41,772 bases of DNA, taken from contig JAQWCF010000003.1 of NCBI GenBank assembly GCA_028706105.1, positions 1-41,772 on the forward strand, in the 5' to 3' direction. The notes below the pieces were generated by a model, which saw only the letters and a list, made by a program, of their open reading frames with translations, was not told the DNA's origin and made no database searches. Origin of the DNA: Candidatus Margulisiibacteriota bacterium. Its GTDB lineage: Bacteria; Margulisbacteria; Riflemargulisbacteria; GWF2-35-9; DYQY01. A program made the translations under genes and the position numbers. Positions 1 through 7,919 of this stretch are shown here, in pieces; within the stretch, counting starts at the first letter, position 1; each line of letters begins with the position of its first letter.

Positions 1-339
1 ATTGCCGAGGTTATTTCTCTGAAAATTGAAGAATTCATAATTGCGTGGAAAGAAATAAAGAGAGTCGCTGTTTTTACCAAAAAGAACGGTAGTCCGTTGA
101 CAAGGCAGAGGGTCTGGGGAATCATTAAAGACTGGAAAAGAAAGCTGGATATTCAGGAGAAGATTACTCCACATATGTTAAGACATACTTTTGCGACTTT
201 GCTTTTAGAGAACGATATTGATTTGAGGTTTATCCAGGAAATGCTTGGACATAGCAATATTTCAACAACAGAGATTTATACTGCTGTGAATACTGGCAGA
301 TTGCATGATGTATATAGAAAGGCACACCCTAGAGCATGA
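1..339 (+). CDS. Tyrosine recombinase XerC/XerD family, C-terminal fragment (5' end lies outside the window)
   Basis: Frame 1 is open from base 1. The translated C-terminus has the catalytic-domain pattern HMLRHTFATLLLEN...LGHSNISTTEIYTAV (R, HxxR, H, Y) and ends ...KAHPRA like housekeeping Xer recombinases. Confidence 0.85.
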   Translation: MAEVISLKIEEFIIAWKEIKRVAVFTKKNGSPLTRQRVWGIIKDWKRKLDIQEKITPHMLRHTFATLLLENDIDLRFIQEMLGHSNISTTEIYTAVNTGRLHDVYRKAHPRA

Positions 340-402
340 TAGAAACTATTTTTTATTGTTATTTGCCAATACAATGCGTGGGAAAAAGATAGTTAGATAA
401 AT

Positions 403-1095
403 ATGATAATAGTGATAATCAGAATTATAGTGTTAATAATTTCCGTTATGTTGCATGAGTTGGCTCATGGTTTTACTGCATATTTGTTTGGGGATGATAC
501 AGCTAAACAAGCTGGCAGGCTAACTTTAAATCCTTTGAAACATTTAGACCCTTTTGGCTCAATTTTTTTGCCTATGATTTTAGCTGTAACAAAAAGTCCA
601 GTTATGTTTGGGTGGGCAAAGCCAGTTCCTATTAATATGAGTAAGATTAAGAACTCGAAACAAAATGTTGCTATAATTTCTGTAGCTGGTCCATTGGTCA
701 ATATTATATTAGTAATTGTCGGAGTGATAGGTTTACATTTTCTGAGAGCGACAATATTAGCAAAGTATGGCCAAGATGTATACAAGGTTTATTTTATGAT
801 AAGCGAAACAGCTAAGCTACAACTAATTTCTGCTGATTTTTTTGTCTTTGTAGGATTAGAGTTTTTGATTCAATTTGTATTTATTAATACTGCTTTAGCT
901 GTTTTTAATTTGGTTCCGATTCCTCCGTTAGATGGGAGTAGGTTGTTGTATCCTTTGTTAGGACAACGCCAAGAACAAATTTTTGCAAGTTTAGAAAAAT
1001 ACGGCATTTTAATTATATTTTTACTTTTATATTTTCATGTCTTAGACCCAATTTTTAATTTTGTCTTTAAGATACTGCTTAAGTTGATACTTTGA
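403..1095 (+). CDS. Site-2 protease / M50-like membrane zinc metalloprotease family protein
   Basis: HELAHG (HExxH) sits in an N-terminal hydrophobic helix. There are several predicted TM segments and a second conserved motif NLVPIPPLDGSRL. Confidence 0.8.
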   Translation: MIIVIIRIIVLIISVMLHELAHGFTAYLFGDDTAKQAGRLTLNPLKHLDPFGSIFLPMILAVTKSPVMFGWAKPVPINMSKIKNSKQNVAIISVAGPLVNIILVIVGVIGLHFLRATILAKYGQDVYKVYFMISETAKLQLISADFFVFVGLEFLIQFVFINTALAVFNLVPIPPLDGSRLLYPLLGQRQEQIFASLEKYGILIIFLLLYFHVLDPIFNFVFKILLKLIL

Positions 1096-1106
1096 TTTAC
1101 ATTCGG

Positions 1107-1135
1107 CGAACCATTGAACCACTGAACTAATGAAT
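1107..1135. repeat. Octamer-phased TGAAC array (CGAAC-TGAAC-TGAAC-TGAAT, 8-nt spacing) upstream of trxB
   Basis: Read directly: pentamers start at 1107, 1115, 1123 and 1131. The array lies just upstream of a TGnTATACT extended -10 at 1144-1152. Confidence 0.8.
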
Positions 1136-1170
1136 CGTTTTTATGATATACTTTCTTTTGAGGTGATTGT

Positions 1171-2109
1171 ATGAAAAATAAATATGAAATAGTTATAGTC
1201 GGTGCTGGTCCTGCTGGTCTTAGTGCTGCAATCTACGCTGCAAGAACGACTAGAAGTGTTCTTGTTATAGAAAGAGCAATGGTTGGCGGTCAGCAAAGTA
1301 TGACTGAACATCTTGAAAATTATCCAGGTACAGGCAAGGAACCAGTTTCTGGTGTTGCTTTAGCTGAAAAGATGCAAGCACAAGCTGAGGCACAAGGAGC
1401 TGAGTTTATGTTTGATGAAGTTAAGGCCATTGAAAGTAGTGGTGATAAAAAAATTGTAAAAACAGCTTATAGTGGAGAGATAGAAGCGGATGCTGTTATC
1501 TTGGCTACAGGCAGAAGTCCAAGAAAATTAAACATTAAAGGTGAAGAAAACTTTATTGGCAAAGGTGTATCTTTTTGTGCTACTTGCGATGGAGCTTTTT
1601 ATAAAGATAAAAAGATTGCTGTTATTGGTGGTGGGAATGCTGCTTTTGAGGAGGCTCAATACTTAACAAAGTTTGCTAAAGAGATATTTTTGATTCATAG
1701 AAGAAATGAGTTTAGAGCAGAGAAAATAGTTATCGAGAGAGTGAAGAGTAATCCTAAAATAAAAATTATGACTCCTTTTATTGTTAGCTCTATTGAAGGT
1801 GAAAGCAAAGTTCAAGGAGTTGTTATAAAAAACATCGAGAATGGTAAAGAACAAAATATTGAAGTAGACGGAGTTTTTGTGTATGTTGGTAGCAACCCTA
1901 ATACTGAAGTATTTAAAGACCTTGTGACTATTGATAAACAAGGATATGTTGTTGCTGATGAAAGAATGAGAACAATCAGCCCAGGTATCTTAGCCGCTGG
2001 AGACATGTTGAATAAGCATGTTTGGCAAGTAGTCACGGCTGTGTCAGATGGTGCGATTTCAGCAATTTCAGCTGATGAATATTTAAGTAAACTGGAGATA
2101 AAGGAATGA
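1171..2109 (+). CDS. trxB: Thioredoxin-disulfide reductase
   Basis: GAGPAG FAD motif, redox-active CATCDG, GGGNAAFEEA NADPH motif, 312 aa. GAGGTG RBS upstream. Confidence 0.93.
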   Translation: MKNKYEIVIVGAGPAGLSAAIYAARTTRSVLVIERAMVGGQQSMTEHLENYPGTGKEPVSGVALAEKMQAQAEAQGAEFMFDEVKAIESSGDKKIVKTAYSGEIEADAVILATGRSPRKLNIKGEENFIGKGVSFCATCDGAFYKDKKIAVIGGGNAAFEEAQYLTKFAKEIFLIHRRNEFRAEKIVIERVKSNPKIKIMTPFIVSSIEGESKVQGVVIKNIENGKEQNIEVDGVFVYVGSNPNTEVFKDLVTIDKQGYVVADERMRTISPGILAAGDMLNKHVWQVVTAVSDGAISAISADEYLSKLEIKE

Positions 2110-2540
2110 AAATGATCATAGCAATAGGTAATGATCACGCTGGAGTAGAGATGAAGCAAGCACTGTCAACTTATATCACAGAAAAAATTGGACATGAGAT
2201 TTTAAATATTGGCACAGATACTGAAGATTCAGTAGATTATCCTTATTTTGGTAGAAAAGTTGCTCAGCTAGTAGCGGATGGAAAAGCAGATAAAGGGATT
2301 GTGATTTGTGGAACGGGTATAGGCATTTCTATTTCTGCCAATAAAGTAAAAGGGATTAGGGCTTCTTTGTGTAAAGATGAGTATACTGCAGAAATGACAA
2401 GAAAGCATAATGATGCGAATGTATTAGCTTTAGGCGCTAGAGTAACTTCTATTGATGACGCTATTAAAATTGTAGAGGTATGGTTAACAACTGCGTTTGA
2501 AGGTGGCAGACATCAACGAAGAGTCGAATTAATTGAATAG
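2106..2540 (+). CDS. rpiB: Ribose-5-phosphate isomerase B (RpiB/LacA/LacB family)
   Basis: 144 aa with GNDHAG, ICGTGIGISISANK and NVLALGARV signatures. ATGA start/stop overlap with trxB. Confidence 0.9.
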   Translation: MKMIIAIGNDHAGVEMKQALSTYITEKIGHEILNIGTDTEDSVDYPYFGRKVAQLVADGKADKGIVICGTGIGISISANKVKGIRASLCKDEYTAEMTRKHNDANVLALGARVTSIDDAIKIVEVWLTTAFEGGRHQRRVELIE

Positions 2541-2626
2541 TCCCCTCTAAGTCTCCACTAAAAGGGAAGACTCATTCCTGTATAACTTGATTTGTTAAGA
2601 AAAAAAGATAAAACCTATCTTTCAGT

Positions 2627-2653
2627 CGATGCATTGAGCTTGTCGAAATGAGA
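2627..2653. repeat. Copy A of dispersed short element (core TGAGCTTGTCGAA at 2635-2647)
   Basis: cgatgcatTGAGCTTGTCGAAatgaga aligns with copy C at 28109-28135 (about 21/26 identical). The core is identical to copy B at 25325-25337. Confidence 0.7.
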
Positions 2654-2708
2654 AGGTGCTGATAGTTTTAGTAATTAAAAATAATATTGTATCTTTTAGC
2701 GGGTGAGG

Positions 2709-2828
2709 TTATCCTTCGCTAATTGATTTCATTTCCAAGAGTTCGTTTACAATTTCTTCGGAAGCACCTAATAGTTTCATTAACTTGATTTCTGATTCAA
2801 AACTAAGCATATTTTTTTCGAACTCCAT
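2709..2828 (-). CDS. Small hypothetical ORF (39 aa, MEFEKNMLSFESEIKLMKLLGASEEIVNELLEMKSISEG)
   Basis: ATG preceded by a perfect AAGGAGG RBS at about 6 nt. Not in the ORF track because it is under 60 aa. No recognisable family. Confidence 0.25.
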   Translation of the reverse strand: MEFEKNMLSFESEIKLMKLLGASEEIVNELLEMKSISEG

Positions 2829-2921
2829 TGTCTTCCTCCTTGAATATTATATAAAGATAGTCTTGCCCATTAAATTATAATTTAAACATAGACCATAAAA
2901 ATCAGATTGATTTATCCTGTA

Positions 2922-2950
2922 TTGCAGAATGAATGGATATGTTTTAAAAT
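2922..2950 (+). promoter_or_regulatory. Candidate sigma70 promoter for the tRNA (TTGCAG-17-TAAAAT)
   Basis: -35 at 2922-2927, 17-nt spacer, -10 at 2945-2950. The tRNA starts 16 nt downstream. Confidence 0.5.
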
Positions 2951-2965
2951 GTACAGACGATTTAT

Positions 2966-3042
2966 GGCGATGTAGCTCAGTTGGTTAGAGCACACGGCTC
3001 ATACCCGTGTTGTCGTTGGTTCGAGCCCGACCATCGCTACCA
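2966..3042 (+). tRNA. tRNA with anticodon CAT (elongator Met or lysidine-modified Ile2)
   Basis: 77-nt cloverleaf. Acceptor GGCGATG/CATCGCT, D arm GCTC/GAGC, anticodon stem CACGG/CCGTG with loop CTCATAC, T arm GTTGG-TTCGAGC-CCGAC, encoded CCA. Confidence 0.9.
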
Positions 3043-3084
3043 TAATCTATTTCCAGTTTTTAATAACAAAGGTATGATACATAT

Positions 3085-3582
3085 ATGAGAATAATATTAA
3101 TAATATTAGTAAGTTCATTATTGTTTGCATCTCAAGTCTTTTTTTCTCCTGATGGAGGAACCAGAGAGCAATTAATCAAGCTTATTCAATCTACAACGGG
3201 GAATGTTGACATTGCTATTTATAGCTTTACGTCTAAAGAGTTGGCTTTGGCACTTTTAAGTGAGCAGAAGAAAGGCAGAAAAATTCGTTTAATAGCTGAT
3301 AGGGGACAAGGAGAGGGCAAATATAGTGTCCTTAGTTTATTACGAGCGAGCATTCCTGTGAAATATCTTCCTGTAACTAATAACAGGGGGATGATGCATA
3401 ATAAGTTTATGATAATCAACAATAAGCATTTAGTTACTGGTTCATATAATTGGAGCACGAATGCCGAGAAGTATAATTATGAAAATTGTTTAATTTTGGA
3501 AGAGAAGGCACTTATTAGTAAGTTTAGTACGGAATTTAATAAGCTTTGGAGGGAAGCAGTTACTTATGATCAACTTCAGTGA
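3085..3582 (+). CDS. Phospholipase D-family (Nuc-like) nuclease with signal peptide
   Basis: N-terminal hydrophobic leader. Single HKD motif MMHNKFMIINNKHLVTGSYNWSTNAE. Size (165 aa) is typical of Nuc-type endonucleases. Confidence 0.75.
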   Translation: MRIILIILVSSLLFASQVFFSPDGGTREQLIKLIQSTTGNVDIAIYSFTSKELALALLSEQKKGRKIRLIADRGQGEGKYSVLSLLRASIPVKYLPVTNNRGMMHNKFMIINNKHLVTGSYNWSTNAEKYNYENCLILEEKALISKFSTEFNKLWREAVTYDQLQ

Positions 3583-4228
3583 TTTAACTGAAATTTATCA
3601 AGAAATTGATTTAAGGTTGATAGATGCTCCTCGTTTATACATTTCTCATGAATTAAAAAATATAAAAAATTTACAAGAGAAGTCCTTTAAAGTGTTGGTT
3701 TCTGCGGTAATAAGTTTAAGAACAAAGGAAGCAGTTACTTGGAAAGTGTCTGAAAAAGTTTTTGCAAAGATAAAAAACTATCAACAACTAATGAACTATT
3801 CAAACAATGAATTAATGAACCTTCTCTATCCTTGTGGATTTTATAAAAGGAAAGCAGCGCAGTTACAGAAAATAGCTGAGATAATTATTTCAAAGCATCA
3901 GGGAGTTACCCCCAACAGCCTGGATGCTTTGCTAGAGCTACCAGGAGTTGGGCGCAAGGTGGCTAATTTGGTCATTACAGAGGTTTTTGATGAGGATGGC
4001 ATATGTGTGGATATTCATGTCCACAGAATCGCCAATAGGTGGAGTTGGGTAAAAACTAAAAACGCAGACGAAACAGAGCTCAGATTAAGGGGGATATTGC
4101 CTCTAAAGTATTGGAAGACGATTAACCAATATTTAGTGCTATTTGGGCAAAACATTTGCTTGCCCCGTAATCCGAAATGTAGGGATTGTTTCTTGAATAA
4201 CAAATGTCCTTCTTCGTCAGCACTTTAA
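3566..4228 (+). CDS. nth: Endonuclease III (HhH-GPD DNA glycosylase with 4Fe-4S cluster loop)
   Basis: HhH motif LLELPGVGRKVANLV, DIHVHRIANRW, and C-terminal Cx6Cx2Cx5C (CLPRNPKCRDCFLNNKC). Confidence 0.85.
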   Translation: MINFSDLTEIYQEIDLRLIDAPRLYISHELKNIKNLQEKSFKVLVSAVISLRTKEAVTWKVSEKVFAKIKNYQQLMNYSNNELMNLLYPCGFYKRKAAQLQKIAEIIISKHQGVTPNSLDALLELPGVGRKVANLVITEVFDEDGICVDIHVHRIANRWSWVKTKNADETELRLRGILPLKYWKTINQYLVLFGQNICLPRNPKCRDCFLNNKCPSSSAL

Positions 4229-4256
4229 GCTTTAAGCTTTAGGCTTTATACTTTAA
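4222..4256. repeat. Five tandem heptamers ACTTTAA-GCTTTAA-GCTTTAG-GCTTTAT-ACTTTAA
   Basis: Read directly. Spans the nth stop codon and the whole nth/TPR-gene spacer. Confidence 0.8.
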
Positions 4257-4258
4257 GC

Positions 4259-4876
4259 ATGTATTGTACGTATTGTGAAAAATTAGTCTCAGACAAAATG
4301 GCGGTTAGACGTCAATTCTGCCCATATTGTGGTAGAAAGTTGCATTGGTTTGGTATCCCAGATGTTGAACTTAGCAAACCCATCATGCAGGCTATCTTAA
4401 AAAGAAAGAATTTTTTAGTTAGGCAAAAACTAGAAGGTATTAAAGAGCATTATTTTAAACAAAGGGATGTTGATTTGGTTTTTATAGAAATCCAGGACTC
4501 ATTACAAATTAACCCGAATAATATTAATGCTCGTTTTCAATTAGGCTTATATTATTATGAGAAGAAAAGGTTTGATAAAGCACAGGAAGAATTTTTGAAT
4601 GTTTTGGAGCTAGACGAGTTTCATAAAGATTCTTTGTTTAACTTAGCGAATATTGAGGTAGAGAACGAAGCTTATGCTAAAGCTATTGAATATTGCAATA
4701 AGGTTTTAATGGTTGAACCTGAAAACATCAATGCCTTGTATAATAAAGCTGTAGGGCAATACTATTTGGGAGATTTTGATTCAGCCTTAGGTACGTTTAA
4801 GCTAATCTTAAATATTGACGAAGATAACGAAGCTGTCAAACAGGCTATCCAAGAACTCTCCTCAAAATTTAATTAG
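4259..4876 (+). CDS. TPR-repeat protein with N-terminal zinc-ribbon (CxxC...CxxC)
   Basis: CTYC...CPYC at the N-terminus. The C-terminal half has repeated 34-aa TPR-like units (ARFQLGLYYYEKKRFDKAQEEF, NALYNKAVGQYYLGDFDSALGTF). Confidence 0.7.
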   Translation: MYCTYCEKLVSDKMAVRRQFCPYCGRKLHWFGIPDVELSKPIMQAILKRKNFLVRQKLEGIKEHYFKQRDVDLVFIEIQDSLQINPNNINARFQLGLYYYEKKRFDKAQEEFLNVLELDEFHKDSLFNLANIEVENEAYAKAIEYCNKVLMVEPENINALYNKAVGQYYLGDFDSALGTFKLILNIDEDNEAVKQAIQELSSKFN

Positions 4877-5005
4877 ATAAAGAACCTATCACAATAACTT
4901 CCATATCAAAACATAGCAAAACTTAAATAAATGGGATTAATTTTTATATTACTCGATATTTTATAGTAAACATTTATTGGAAAAGGTTAAAAGAATGGAA
5001 AATAA

Positions 5006-5938
5006 ATGAAAAACAAAGTAATCGCTTCAAATAATTTTAGTAATATTGGTCCACTTTTTGCCTATGCTGAAGATAAAACCAACTATTCGGAGCATACACA
5101 GGAGATGGAAACATTATTCTCTTATGATGAGTGGGCCGGTAGTTATCAGAGTTATCCTTCTGGAAAGATAACGGAAAGTTATTTGTCTAGATATAAGTGG
5201 GTCAAGGTGCAGCGTGCCTTGCTTCATAAGGTTTTATTTGGTAGCTATGTAGAAAATAAACTTACAATCAAAGAAATTAGAGAGATTGTTCCAAGACTGC
5301 AAAAGAGATTAGCTTTTGTTGTTGGTCGATTAAATTTTTTTGAAGGTAAAGATTTAACAGGTTTATCTTTAGATTCACATGATATTCGTGAGCTTAGAGA
5401 TGAAAAAATGTCTTTAGAAAGAGAGATAGAAATTTTACGAAAAGATATAAGAGAAAGATATTCTAAAAGAATAATTGTTGTTTATGATGAGGAAGATTCA
5501 TTAGTAGAAAAGAAAATAAAGAATGAACCAACATCAGACTCTATCAAACATGCCACGTCAGTTCATGGTAGAAATTCCAGAATAAAAATAAAAAATGCTG
5601 ACGCAGAAAAAAGAAAGTATATTGCAGGTTTATTTTTAATTTCAGGTTTAAGAGGTAAACTTCCTTTATTAAATGAAGAGGGAAAAGAGCTCAGAAAAAG
5701 AGCCGAAGTTTTTAATGTTTTATCAACCTATACTTATTTTTTGAAGACAGGAAAAGGATTGTTGCCTTTTTCTTTGCTAAATGATGTTGCCGAATATTTA
5801 TATTTGCATGATGAAAGTAAATGGGGAAATGTTATTAAGTTTAAGGTAATTCCTTCTCATGAAAGAATTGTTAATAACGAAATAGTCAGCGTAAAAGGAA
5901 GCATTAGTACCTATCCAATAATCCATGATGTAGAATAA
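5006..5938 (+). CDS. Hypothetical protein (310 aa, central charged coiled-coil-like segment)
   Basis: Long ORF consistent with local coding density. No family recognised. Confidence 0.55.
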   Translation: MKNKVIASNNFSNIGPLFAYAEDKTNYSEHTQEMETLFSYDEWAGSYQSYPSGKITESYLSRYKWVKVQRALLHKVLFGSYVENKLTIKEIREIVPRLQKRLAFVVGRLNFFEGKDLTGLSLDSHDIRELRDEKMSLEREIEILRKDIRERYSKRIIVVYDEEDSLVEKKIKNEPTSDSIKHATSVHGRNSRIKIKNADAEKRKYIAGLFLISGLRGKLPLLNEEGKELRKRAEVFNVLSTYTYFLKTGKGLLPFSLLNDVAEYLYLHDESKWGNVIKFKVIPSHERIVNNEIVSVKGSISTYPIIHDVE

Positions 5939-5951
5939 AGATTTTTAGGTG

Positions 5952-5992
5952 TTGACATTTTTTTTAGGCATGATATCATTATATTTAAATAT
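5952..5992 (+). promoter_or_regulatory. Candidate promoter (TTGACA-16-TGaTATCAT) overlapped by two perfect palindromes; likely the ArsR-type operator
   Basis: -35 TTGACA at 5952-5957. Extended -10 at 5971-5979. Palindromes ATGATATCAT (5970-5979) and ATATTTAAATAT (5981-5992) lie immediately upstream of the arsR-family gene. Confidence 0.5.
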
Positions 5993-6009
5993 ACAGATAT
6001 GAGGTTTTT

Positions 6010-6279
6010 ATGGATAAATGTGAAGAGTTAAGTGAAGTTTTGAAGGTTTTGGGTAACCCTGTAAGATTAAGGGTGCTAAAACAAATTTCAGGAGTGGAAT
6101 GTTGTGTTTCTGAGATAGAACAAAAACTTAATTTACCACAATCCACTGTTTCTCAGCATCTTTCTGTGTTAAAAAGGATGGGTATTGTTAAACCGATTAG
6201 ACAACATAAAGAGGTAACTTATATTTTGGTTAATGATTTTGTTAAGGATTTATTGGAGCTTTGTTGTAAATACAGTTGA
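6010..6279 (+). CDS. ArsR/SmtB-family winged-HTH transcriptional regulator
   Basis: LGNPVRLRVLKQIS...CCVSEIEQKLNLPQSTVSQHLSVLKRMGIV matches the ArsR HTH. A Cys pair sits at the position of the ArsR metal/redox site. Confidence 0.85.
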   Translation: MDKCEELSEVLKVLGNPVRLRVLKQISGVECCVSEIEQKLNLPQSTVSQHLSVLKRMGIVKPIRQHKEVTYILVNDFVKDLLELCCKYS

Positions 6280-6455
6280 TTGCTTGCAATCTACTTTTTA
6301 GTTGGTTGCAAGAATATATTATAAGGAGGGAGATATATTATAGTAAACCATCTTTGACAGGCAATCTATTGAGTTTGTCTAAAGAGGAGAGTGTTAGTAA
6401 AAAACAATTTATAAAATCTGGCTAATTATGCCGGGAGAGCTAAAGGAGGAATAAA

Positions 6456-6776
6456 ATGGTTGCACAAGTAACAGATAGTAATTTTAAGTCAGAGGTATTA
6501 GAGGTAAAGGATACGTTAGTGGTAGTAGATTTTTTCGCAGAATGGTGTGGACCTTGCAAAATGATGTCTCCAGCACTAGATCAAGTGTCCTTACAGTTAG
6601 GAGATTCAGCTAAAATAGTAAAACTTAATACTGATGAAAATCAGAATATGTCCGCACAGTATCAAATTACTGGGATTCCTTGTTTAATTGTGTTTAAAAA
6701 TGGCAAGGAAATAGAACGTTTAGTTGGTTTTAGACCAGCCCCACAACTTTTGCAAGACATTAAGGGTTTGATGTAA
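6456..6776 (+). CDS. trxA: Thioredoxin
   Basis: 106 aa, WCGPC active site, AAGGAGG RBS. Confidence 0.93.
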   Translation: MVAQVTDSNFKSEVLEVKDTLVVVDFFAEWCGPCKMMSPALDQVSLQLGDSAKIVKLNTDENQNMSAQYQITGIPCLIVFKNGKEIERLVGFRPAPQLLQDIKGLM

Positions 6777-6778
6777 AA

Positions 6779-7426
6779 ATGTTTTATATTGCTTTTATAG
6801 CAATTGTTTCAGGGGTGCTTTCTTTTTTATCACCATGTGTGTTACCGTTAGCACCTCTGTATATAGCCTATTTCTCTGGAGCAGGAGATTTAACGCGGAC
6901 AGAAAGTAAAGTTAATTTATATACTAACTTATTATCTTTTTTTATTGGATTTACTTTTGTTTATTTGGTCTTAGGATTATCAGTTAGTTTTTCTTTTGCT
7001 TTTTTACAAAAGCATTATTTATTTCGTGGGTTATTGGGGATTATTCTGATCTTGTTTGCTTTTCATTACTGGAAAATCATCAATTTGCCTTTTTTATATA
7101 TGGATACTAGGAAGATGAAAGTAAAAGAATTTAATTTATTTTCTTCTTTGTTGTTTGGTATTTTATTCGCTTTTGGTTGGTCTCCTTGCATGGGGCCATT
7201 ATTAGGAAATGTAATAGTTTTAGCTTCCAATAGTGCTGGATTATGGGGAAAGGTTTTTGTTTTGTTAATGTTTTGTTTAGGGATTATTATACCCTTTATA
7301 TTAGTTGCCGTTATGTCCGTTGGATTAAGGAAAAAAGTACAGGGTTTAGTAAAGTATTCTAGGTATATTGAAGTTGTTTCTGGTGGTTTGTTGTTTGGTT
7401 TAGGGGTTTGGTTGTTGGTGTCGTAA
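6779..7426 (+). CDS. ccdA: CcdA/DsbD-family transmembrane thiol-disulfide electron transporter
   Basis: Polytopic membrane protein with the two conserved Cys motifs LSPCVLP and WSPCMGP. Confidence 0.85.
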   Translation: MFYIAFIAIVSGVLSFLSPCVLPLAPLYIAYFSGAGDLTRTESKVNLYTNLLSFFIGFTFVYLVLGLSVSFSFAFLQKHYLFRGLLGIILILFAFHYWKIINLPFLYMDTRKMKVKEFNLFSSLLFGILFAFGWSPCMGPLLGNVIVLASNSAGLWGKVFVLLMFCLGIIIPFILVAVMSVGLRKKVQGLVKYSRYIEVVSGGLLFGLGVWLLVS

Positions 7427-7453
7427 TAGAAATCAGTTTAGCTGGAGGAAATC

Positions 7454-7918
7454 ATGAAAAAGTTAGTTTTATTAAGTTTAATTGTGTTGATGTTTAGTTA
7501 TGCCTTTGGAAAAGAAGTGGAAAAAGTTCCAGATTTTTCTTTAAACGCTCTTGATGGTAAAGCAGTATCTCTAAGTTATTACACCAGTGATAAAGATGTA
7601 AGTTTTTTAGTGTTTTTTACTACTTGGTGTCCATGGTGTTCAAAACAAATGGAAACTTTTGAGGAAATGTTCCAAGAAAACTCGACTAAAAATCAATTTT
7701 TAGCAATTGGATTTGACAATGATGTTAAGAAGATTAAAAGTAAAATGAAAAGTCTAGGCATTACCTATCCAGTAGTTGTTGGTAATAATAAGATCGCAGG
7801 ATATTTTAATGTTTCTGGAATACCAGTGACTGTTGTCATTGATAAGTCAGGTAAAGTTACTGACCAGGTTGTTGGGTTTAGAGACAAGAAGTATTTTGTT
7901 AATTATTTAAAGCAGTAG
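7454..7918 (+). CDS. TlpA/ResA-like secreted thioredoxin-fold thiol-disulfide oxidoreductase
   Basis: Signal peptide, WCPWC active site, thioredoxin-fold length. Confidence 0.8.
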   Translation: MKKLVLLSLIVLMFSYAFGKEVEKVPDFSLNALDGKAVSLSYYTSDKDVSFLVFFTTWCPWCSKQMETFEEMFQENSTKNQFLAIGFDNDVKKIKSKMKSLGITYPVVVGNNKIAGYFNVSGIPVTVVIDKSGKVTDQVVGFRDKKYFVNYLKQ

Positions 7919-7919
7919 A

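Noticed and set aside
1-339. Tyrosine recombinase as a marker of an integrated mobile element
   Set aside because: The C-terminus looks like housekeeping XerC/XerD. Downstream genes are core metabolism, and no att-like repeats or phage genes are visible. The tRNA at 2966 is intact with no flanking direct repeat seen.
465-785. Antisense or alternative-frame ORFs inside confident genes. This one, plus 1663-1941, 1812-2159, 3219-3458, 4015-4203, 8173-8421, 8965-9192, 9561-9752, 17167-17370, 20519-20788, 21028-21267, 22586-22774, 23782-23976, 25511-25702, 27498-27761, 28879-29145, 29408-29593, 30533-30838, 33667-33921, 35741-35980, 36606-36794, 38125-38370, 39464-39715, 40759-40950 and 41013-41228
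   Set aside because: Each is nested within a longer ORF that has clear family motifs or a better coding context. None has an RBS or recognisable motifs, so they are typical shadow ORFs of AT-rich DNA.
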